In this document: one piece after another, positions 58,172 to 64,000 of the stretch
Layout of the letters: every line of letters begins with the position of its first letter
How positions within the stretch are numbered: the first letter of the stretch is position 1
Assembly: GCA_023387755.1 (NCBI GenBank)
Contig: JAEWHO010000030.1
Location: 3,802 to 67,801, forward strand
DNA length: 64,000 nt
Reading direction: 5' to 3'
Source of the DNA: Actinomycetes bacterium
GTDB taxonomy: Bacteria > Actinomycetota > Actinomycetes > Actinomycetales > Actinomycetaceae
Position numbers and translations under genes: made by a program
The notes under the pieces: model-generated
The model's input: the letters and a program-made list of their open reading frames with translations, nothing else
Database searches by the model: none
What the model was told of the DNA's origin: nothing

Positions 58172-59173
58172 TTACTCTCCCAGGGTTGCGACCATAACGG
58201 CCTTGATGGTGTGCATGCGGTTCTCGGCCTGATCGAAGACCACCGATGCCTCCGACTCGAAGACATCGTTGGAAACCTCCATGGATTCCAAGCCGGTCTT
58301 CTGGTAGATGTCCTCACCTACAACGGTGTTGCGGTCATGGAAGGCGGGCAGGCAGTGCAGGAACTTCACGTTCGGGTTGCCGGTGGCTTCCATCAGTTCC
58401 TTGTTGACCTGGTAGTCCTTCAGCAAGGCAATACGCTCATCCCACACTTCCTTGGGTTCGCCCATGGAAACCCATACGTCGGCGTAGAGGAAGTCACAGC
58501 CCTTCACGCCTTCCTTGGGGTCGTCGGTGTGGGTGATCTTAGCGCCGGTCTCCTTGGCGATTTCGTTCGCCTTGTCGATCCACTTCTGCTCGTTCCACAG
58601 CTCCTTCGGGCCCACGATACGGACGTCCATGCCGAGCATGGCGGCGGTGATCATCAGCGAGTTGGAGATGTTGTTGCGGCCATCGCCAAGGTAAGCGAAA
58701 GCAATCTCGTTGTAGTTCTTGCCGGAGTGCTCCTTCATGGTGAGCACGTCACAGAGCATCTGGGTGGGGTGCCAGTCATCGGTCAGACCGTTCCAGACCG
58801 GGACGCCGGAGAGCTCAGCAAGGGTCTCTACGTGCTCCTGCTTCTTACCGCGGAACTCAATGCCGTCGTAGTAGCGGCCGAGCACCCGAGCGGTGTCCTC
58901 CACGGATTCCTTGTGCCCCATCTGGGAGGAAACCGGATCGAGGTAGGTAATGTTAGCGCCCTGGTCATAGGCAGCTACCTCGAAGGAGCAGCGGGTACGG
59001 GTAGACGTCTTTTCGAAGATCAGTGCGATGTTCTTGCCCTTTAGGGTCTGCTCTTCGCGGCCTTCCTTCTTGGCAGCCTTCAGCTCTTCGGCGAGCTCTA
59101 GCAGGGACAACCATTCTGCGGGGGTGAAGTCAAGTTCCTTCAGGAAGTGACGTCCGTGCAGTTCGTGCTTCAT
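58172..59173 (-). CDS. arcB: Ornithine carbamoyltransferase (catabolic by context)
   Basis: ATG 59173 gives [17 protein letters not shown]. It has the motifs STRTR, HPTQ and HCLP. It sits between arcA and arcC. Confidence 0.92.
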   Translation of the reverse strand: MKHELHGRHFLKELDFTPAEWLSLLELAEELKAAKKEGREEQTLKGKNIALIFEKTSTRTRCSFEVAAYDQGANITYLDPVSSQMGHKESVEDTARVLGRYYDGIEFRGKKQEHVETLAELSGVPVWNGLTDDWHPTQMLCDVLTMKEHSGKNYNEIAFAYLGDGRNNISNSLMITAAMLGMDVRIVGPKELWNEQKWIDKANEIAKETGAKITHTDDPKEGVKGCDFLYADVWVSMGEPKEVWDERIALLKDYQVNKELMEATGNPNVKFLHCLPAFHDRNTVVGEDIYQKTGLESMEVSNDVFESEASVVFDQAENRMHTIKAVMVATLGE

Positions 59174-59241
59174 TGCGTTCCTAACTTTGGATTGGGCATA
59201 CTGTCTGTGCGACCGAGAATCTTTCAGGTGTGCGAAACGTG

Positions 59242-60465
59242 TTAGATTCCGGTGCGCTGAGTCGGGCAGGACATGCAACGGGGGCCACCACGGCCACGGC
59301 CGAGCTCGGAGCCCGGAACTTCGAGCACCTCGATACCTTGCTGACGCAGGTACGTATTGGTTGCCACGTTGCGTTCGTAGCCCACGACCACACCGGGGCG
59401 GATCGTGAGGAAGTTGCAACCGTCATCCCACTGCTCGCGCTCAGCCTGCAGGGAATCCTGCGGGGTAGTGAGCACGCGGACCTCGGGAATATCGAGGGCA
59501 GAGGCGATGACGTCGAACATCTTGTCCGGCGAATTGTAAGTGACGTCGAGCTTGCCGGAAGACTCGCCGGGAAGGATGGTGTTAGACGCCAACATGCCCA
59601 GGTTGCCGTAGGCGGTGAAGGATTCTTCATCCAGCATCGTCATAACGGTGTCAAGGTGCATGAGAGCGCGTTCGCTCGGCATATGCAGCGCCACGACTTT
59701 TTCAGCGCGGCCGGAGTCGAAGAGCTGGCGAGCCAGACGCTCCACACCCTGCGGCGTGGTGCGTTCAGACATCCCCACCAGGACGGCTCCCTTACCAATG
59801 ACCAGGACGTCGCCGCCTTCCACGGCGGCGGGGCCTTCGTCATTTCCGAGCGACCAGCGGTTAAATTCGTCGTTTGCGAACCGTGGATGCCACCGATAGA
59901 TGGCTTCATAGTTCACCGTTTCGCGCTGGCGGGCAGGCATAGTCATCGAGTTGATGGCGACGCCGTCGTAAACCCAGCAGGAGGTGTCACGGGTGAACAG
60001 ATGGTTCGGCAACGGGGTGAGGGCGAAGTCGTCCGGTCCGAGCATGTCGAAGACGACAGACTTGGGGTCGCCCACCTCTTTAAACAGTTCCTGCTTGGTG
60101 ATACCACCAACGAGGAGTTCTGCGAGTTTATTGGACTCTAGACGGTCTGCGTAGTTGCGCAGCGCGTCGGTGGCTGACAGGCCGTACTTACGCTCGTCGA
60201 AAACGTGGTCGAGCACGTGGGTGCGGGCTTCCGGGATATCCAGAGTTTCAGCCAACAGGTCTTGGAAGAGCAGAACCTCAATACCCTCATCACGCAGCAG
60301 CTGAGCGAACTGGTCATGCTCACGCTGGGCTTCTTTCAACCAGACGATGTCATCAAAGAGCAGTTGATCTTTGTTGGTGGGGGTCAGGCGGGCCAGCTCC
60401 TGGCCGGGACGATGGAGGATAACTTGCTCCAGCTTTCCGACCTCTGAATCGACGCGGTACGTCAT
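59242..60465 (-). CDS. arcA: Arginine deiminase
   Basis: The product is 407 aa. It has an ADI N-terminus ([17 protein letters not shown]) and a C-terminal catalytic Cys region (GGPRCMSCP). GAGGGAG SD lies upstream. Confidence 0.95.
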   Translation of the reverse strand: MTYRVDSEVGKLEQVILHRPGQELARLTPTNKDQLLFDDIVWLKEAQREHDQFAQLLRDEGIEVLLFQDLLAETLDIPEARTHVLDHVFDERKYGLSATDALRNYADRLESNKLAELLVGGITKQELFKEVGDPKSVVFDMLGPDDFALTPLPNHLFTRDTSCWVYDGVAINSMTMPARQRETVNYEAIYRWHPRFANDEFNRWSLGNDEGPAAVEGGDVLVIGKGAVLVGMSERTTPQGVERLARQLFDSGRAEKVVALHMPSERALMHLDTVMTMLDEESFTAYGNLGMLASNTILPGESSGKLDVTYNSPDKMFDVIASALDIPEVRVLTTPQDSLQAEREQWDDGCNFLTIRPGVVVGYERNVATNTYLRQQGIEVLEVPGSELGRGRGGPRCMSCPTQRTGI

Positions 60466-60797
60466 TATTGCTTAGCTCCCTCACTAGCGATGTCGTTCTG
60501 ATACAAGTCTCCCTTTTCTGGTACACCCGTCCAAGGGACAAAGGTCCCAGGCCGCCCACAAGGCCCTAAATAATGCGAAAATCTCCTGGACATTTGTACC
60601 AGGAGAAAGGCTAACTCGTGAGCGCCGTTACCCTTAGCCACTACTGTCAGTCTGTCTGAGGCAACCCTAAATAGCAAGCAATTCTGCCTGGGAGTTGGCT
60701 GGGAATTACCCCGACGACGCACCTCCCCCATCGGTCTTGCCAGCGCCAGGTCAAGGGTAATCAGGACCGGTGGCACGAGACCTTAGGGCAAAGCAAA

Positions 60798-60827
60798 GGT
60801 GGGGGTTGATTACTATCAACCCCCACC
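60798..60827 (-). terminator. Rho-independent terminator of the GH101 gene
   Basis: It has a perfect 13-bp stem (ggtgggggttgat / atcaacccccacc) with a 4-nt loop. It is followed on the minus strand by UUUGCUUUG. Confidence 0.65.
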
Positions 60828-60952
60828 TGGGCCCGCCACTCACCTTGCGGAGGCGGCCTGTTTAGCCTCACAAATATCCGGGCCACTCCCCTGCACGGCG
60901 AGATGCCGAGGTCTGTTCGGCGGCGCCTGCCAGGGCAGGCACCGCCGGCTGG

Positions 60953-63900
60953 TTATGCCTGAGCGCGGTTACGGCGCATGATCAGCGCGCCTCCGCCCAG
61001 CAGCAGACCGGCGAGCATTACCATGCCGGTCAATTCTCCGCCCGTGATGGGCATACCAGGTTTACCTGGATCAGTCGGCTTGCCCGGATCAGTCGGCTTG
61101 TCCGGATCAGTCGGCATCCCCGGATCAGTCGGCATCCCCGGATCGCTCGGGGTAACGGTCGGCTCAATGGTCGGCTCGGCCGTCTCGGTGGGTTCACCTG
61201 TCGGGTCCGGGACTGGTGTCTCGGTGGGTTCCGGGCTAGGAGACTCAGTCTCCTCCGGCACGGCACATTCAACCCGCGCATCCGCCCAGTTGGCGTGATC
61301 GCTACCGACGCCGTCGCCGCCGTCGCCCACGAGCAGGGTGATGACGTTGACGCCGGTGATATCGACGTCCATCTCCTCACTCTGGCCAGCCTTCATTACG
61401 CCGGTCTTACCAAAGATGGTCTTACCATCACCCTGCACCTCGAAGGTCACTGAGCCGGCACGGCCATCTTGGACGCCTACGACGCCCTTGAGGCGCTGAC
61501 ACTGCCCGTTGAGTTGGAAGCTCACTGATGAGGGCGCGTGGGTACCCAGACCCTTTTCGTAGAGCTGGCCGCCCACCGAGATCGCCTGGCCGTCACCAGA
61601 ATCTTGCTCACCATTGGACTGGTCCCGCTCCACCGGGCCCCAACCGTTGGAAGGGTCGCCGTGGAAGGGCAGATCAGACAGGTGATTCGTGCCGTTGATA
61701 ATGCCGCGCAGCACCTGGACAGTCGTCGTGGCCTCGACCGTGCGGTCAGCGCCGTCGACCTGATAGGAGACCATCACCTTCAACTCGCCCGGTGCGGCAT
61801 TCTTGGGCGCGGTTACCTTCCAAGCCTGCTGAGTATCCGAGTTATCCGGCGAATCGACCTTCTCCACCTTCCAGCCGTCGGGAACCGTCAGCGTATGAGC
61901 CACGCCGGTTACGGCACCGGCTTCGAAGAACTCGGCGGTGGTGGTGACGTCAAACGGGGTATCCCATGCGACTGCGGCCGGGGCCTCAATGGCGGCAGCT
62001 GCACAGGCGGTCACCTCATCGGTGGCACCGAGGTCCTCGACGCGGAAATTGTCGATAACGAGATCCGCTTGGGCACCGCCACCGATTTTCTCAAAGCCAA
62101 CCCAATAGTCACCGCAGCCGCTGGCTACGAATTCTTGCGCGAGCACCGTGGTTTCGCGCACCTCGCCCACATTTTGGGTGGTGAGATTCTGCGAGACAAC
62201 CTGGCCGTTATGGAGCCGGTCATAGCCGATGACAAGCCGGTATTTATCCGCATATGCCGACTGGTGATCCATGGAAACGCGGTACTTATGGCCCGGTTTG
62301 AAATTGATCGACGCCGGGATGGTACGCATGATGAGGCCACCGTTTTCCTCGTGCATCATCAAGGACCAGGTGCCATCGAGCACGTTGTCGTTCAGCTTGC
62401 CGCCCTCGACGACCTTATCACCGATGACGCCGTACCAGCCCTTCTGCGAGTACGGTTCATGGCGCTCTGCCAACTGAGTGCGCGCATCTCCGCCCCGGTT
62501 GCCCAGGCCGGTCACGAACGGCCAGTAGCCGGTATCGACATTCTCGAAATCATCGAAGAAGATAGTCTGCTCGGTGGGTTTCGCATCCTTACCAGCTACG
62601 AAGGGAACCACCCGCAGGTCATCGACGCGAACCTTGGCCTCGCCTTCACCAGCACCCACGGTGAAGGTGACCGGGGAGCCATCCGTATGGAAGGTCACGC
62701 GCGCCCGCTGGAAGTAGGTCCGCAGTTTTTCATCCGACGCCGTGGAGTTCATGGCGGTGGAAGCGGAGAAGGACGTCGTCGGAACGCCATCCACAACTTC
62801 CTGGTACCCGGCGGCAGTCACGCCACCACCGGAGGCGGCAACCGTTACCGGGCGGGTCTGGCCTGGCTCGATCTCCACCCACGCCCAGGCGCTGTAATCG
62901 CCCGCGGGCAGGGTGAGGGTTTGAGCGAGGGAGGATTTCCCGGCCCCGAGGACGGCCTGGTAGTTCTCCAGCGCGGTCTTCTCAATGGTTACATTCCCAG
63001 CCACGGTGTATGCGTCCAGGCTTCCAGAGAAGAAACCGGGATCTACAATGTGGCTGCCCTGGCCCCAGTTCGGAGTCTTCGCCGGTGCAACCTTACCGCT
63101 GGGGTAAAGCACATAGGCGGTGTTGGCTTCCGCATTGATCGTGACCTTGCCGCCGGAGACGGCGACGTCACCCATATCTACCCGCCCGGTATCGGTCAGC
63201 TTGAACAGCTTCAACGAGCCCTGGTTCTTCCAGGAGTCGGTGAGCGTCCATGTGCTGGCACCGCCAGCCGGGTTGTAATGGTAGAGGCGGTTGCCGCCGT
63301 CGGTCCAGGGCAGCAGATAGCGGCCCTGTTCATATACGGTGGCGCCGTCATAGGTGAAGGTGCGGTTGGTGGGGACGACCTTACCGGAGACGGACTTCTC
63401 CGGGGAGGTGGCTACGGTCCCGTTTTCGAAGGTGATGCTATCGGCACCCCAACTCATAATGTTGGACTGCTGCAGGAACTTCACCGGCAGGTTACGCTGC
63501 CAGATTGTATCGATGAACAGCTTGTGGTTAATATTGCCGGCCCATCCCTCAAATTCCTTCACATTGGCGTTACCGAGGATCGGGTGCGGATTGAAGGTGT
63601 CCCGGTAGGAGTTTTCTACGAAGCGCACCAGCTGGGAGTTCAGGCCCTTGTAGTTCTGGCCACCGTAGTTCTCATCATTGGCCCAGTGAGACCATATCGA
63701 GTAGTCAGGGAACTTATCGGACCATTCCGAGGAGAGCACCCAGCCCTGCTTTTGCAGTTCCTTGCCCAGGCGCTGTCCTTCCCATCCGTCCGGGTAGTAG
63801 ACGTCAATGTAGAGCCAGTTCAGATTCTCGGGAGCTTCATCGCGGAACTGTTGGAACCGCTTGAGTACGTTCTTAGTACCCAGATCCTTCGGGCCGTCAA

Positions 63901-64000
63901 TATAGTAGGCCTGGTTCATCCAACCCCAAGCTTTCTGAGGCGGCATCCGTAGGAGTTCCTCACTAAAGGCATGGGCCTCGGAATAGGATTCCGTGACATT
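60953..64000 (-). CDS. Endo-alpha-N-acetylgalactosaminidase-like glycosidase (GH101), cell-wall anchored; 5' end lies beyond the window
   Basis: The frame stays open upstream of the ORF-track Met to position 64000. It has GH101-type catalytic-region blocks (WLYIDVYY, SSEWSD, SIWSHWAND) and an NPCBM-like module (GLGTHAPSSVSFQLNG...GSVTFEVQGDGK). It ends with a Pro-rich repeat, MPITG, a hydrophobic helix and RRNRAQA. Confidence 0.8.
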   Translation of the reverse strand, partial: NVTESYSEAHAFSEELLRMPPQKAWGWMNQAYYIDGPKDLGTKNVLKRFQQFRDEAPENLNWLYIDVYYPDGWEGQRLGKELQKQGWVLSSEWSDKFPDYSIWSHWANDENYGGQNYKGLNSQLVRFVENSYRDTFNPHPILGNANVKEFEGWAGNINHKLFIDTIWQRNLPVKFLQQSNIMSWGADSITFENGTVATSPEKSVSGKVVPTNRTFTYDGATVYEQGRYLLPWTDGGNRLYHYNPAGGASTWTLTDSWKNQGSLKLFKLTDTGRVDMGDVAVSGGKVTINAEANTAYVLYPSGKVAPAKTPNWGQGSHIVDPGFFSGSLDAYTVAGNVTIEKTALENYQAVLGAGKSSLAQTLTLPAGDYSAWAWVEIEPGQTRPVTVAASGGGVTAAGYQEVVDGVPTTSFSASTAMNSTASDEKLRTYFQRARVTFHTDGSPVTFTVGAGEGEAKVRVDDLRVVPFVAGKDAKPTEQTIFFDDFENVDTGYWPFVTGLGNRGGDARTQLAERHEPYSQKGWYGVIGDKVVEGGKLNDNVLDGTWSLMMHEENGGLIMRTIPASINFKPGHKYRVSMDHQSAYADKYRLVIGYDRLHNGQVVSQNLTTQNVGEVRETTVLAQEFVASGCGDYWVGFEKIGGGAQADLVIDNFRVEDLGATDEVTACAAAAIEAPAAVAWDTPFDVTTTAEFFEAGAVTGVAHTLTVPDGWKVEKVDSPDNSDTQQAWKVTAPKNAAPGELKVMVSYQVDGADRTVEATTTVQVLRGIINGTNHLSDLPFHGDPSNGWGPVERDQSNGEQDSGDGQAISVGGQLYEKGLGTHAPSSVSFQLNGQCQRLKGVVGVQDGRAGSVTFEVQGDGKTIFGKTGVMKAGQSEEMDVDITGVNVITLLVGDGGDGVGSDHANWADARVECAVPEETESPSPEPTETPVPDPTGEPTETAEPTIEPTVTPSDPGMPTDPGMPTDPDKPTDPGKPTDPGKPGMPITGGELTGMVMLAGLLLGGGALIMRRNRAQA
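61059..61148 (-). repeat. In-frame 18-bp tandem repeat (5 copies) encoding the (K/M)PTDPG stalk of the GH101 protein
   Basis: Units like ggcttgcccggatcagtc repeat head to tail. They translate on the minus strand to PTDPGMPTDPGMPTDPDKPTDPGKPTDPGKPG. Confidence 0.85.

Noticed and set aside
55983-58197. Plus-strand ORFs of 342 aa and 374 aa.
   Set aside because: They are antisense to the amidinotransferase and arcC genes. Their Val/Gly/Arg/His-rich composition is typical of antisense frames.
61059-61148. Short tandem repeats considered as a possible CRISPR array (also 42689-42784).
   Set aside because: The units are contiguous with no spacers. They are in frame within long CDSs and encode peptide repeats. 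No cas genes are present.
61538-63952. An 804-aa ORF on the plus strand.
   Set aside because: It is antisense to the GH101 gene, whose translation has clear family blocks. The antisense product has no motifs and a biased composition.

Overview
This is a visibly GC-rich actinobacterial chromosomal segment. Most genes are housekeeping genes on the minus strand. The synteny (topA-tmk-holB, dnaK-grpE-dnaJ-hspR) and the gene content (GTP-dependent PEP carboxykinase, GH42 and GH101 glycosidases, an arginine deiminase operon) suggest a host-associated, Actinomycetaceae-like organism; that assignment is inference only. I support about 50 CDS. They include a pur gene block (purD, purC, purS, purQ, purA), pckG, fbaA, pyrE, a sugar ABC importer, xthA, clpB, a P1B-type metal ATPase, gluQ, tadA, upp, metNIQ and arcABC. 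I also support one tRNA-Ser(CGA), a SAM-clan riboswitch in front of metN, HspR operators (HAIR) in front of dnaK and clpB, a decayed FecCD-type permease pseudogene, and several strong GC hairpin terminators. I found no CRISPR array, transposase, integrase, prophage or recognisable defence system. The most interesting locus is 54.6-60.5 kb. There a tightly coupled arcA-arcB-arcC operon has no canonical arcD antiporter in the window. It is instead followed by a glycine-amidinotransferase (AGAT/StrB1) family enzyme with an intact catalytic triad, a DMT transporter and an MHS-type MFS transporter. This could be a guanidino-group shuttle linked to the ADI pathway, but that is a hypothesis. Second is a family of function-unknown secreted proteins with near-identical twin-arginine signal peptides: two tandem paralogs at 44.9-46.8 kb and a third gene at 31.6-32.4 kb. 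One paralog has apparently lost the start codon upstream of its RR motif. Smaller observations are a 24-nt palindromic element present twice, tandem DnaA-box-like repeats upstream of topA, an in-frame 36-bp tandem repeat inside gluQ, and a PCP-motif P1B ATPase without a metal-binding domain. All calls come from reading the sequence and ORF translations; no database search was possible.
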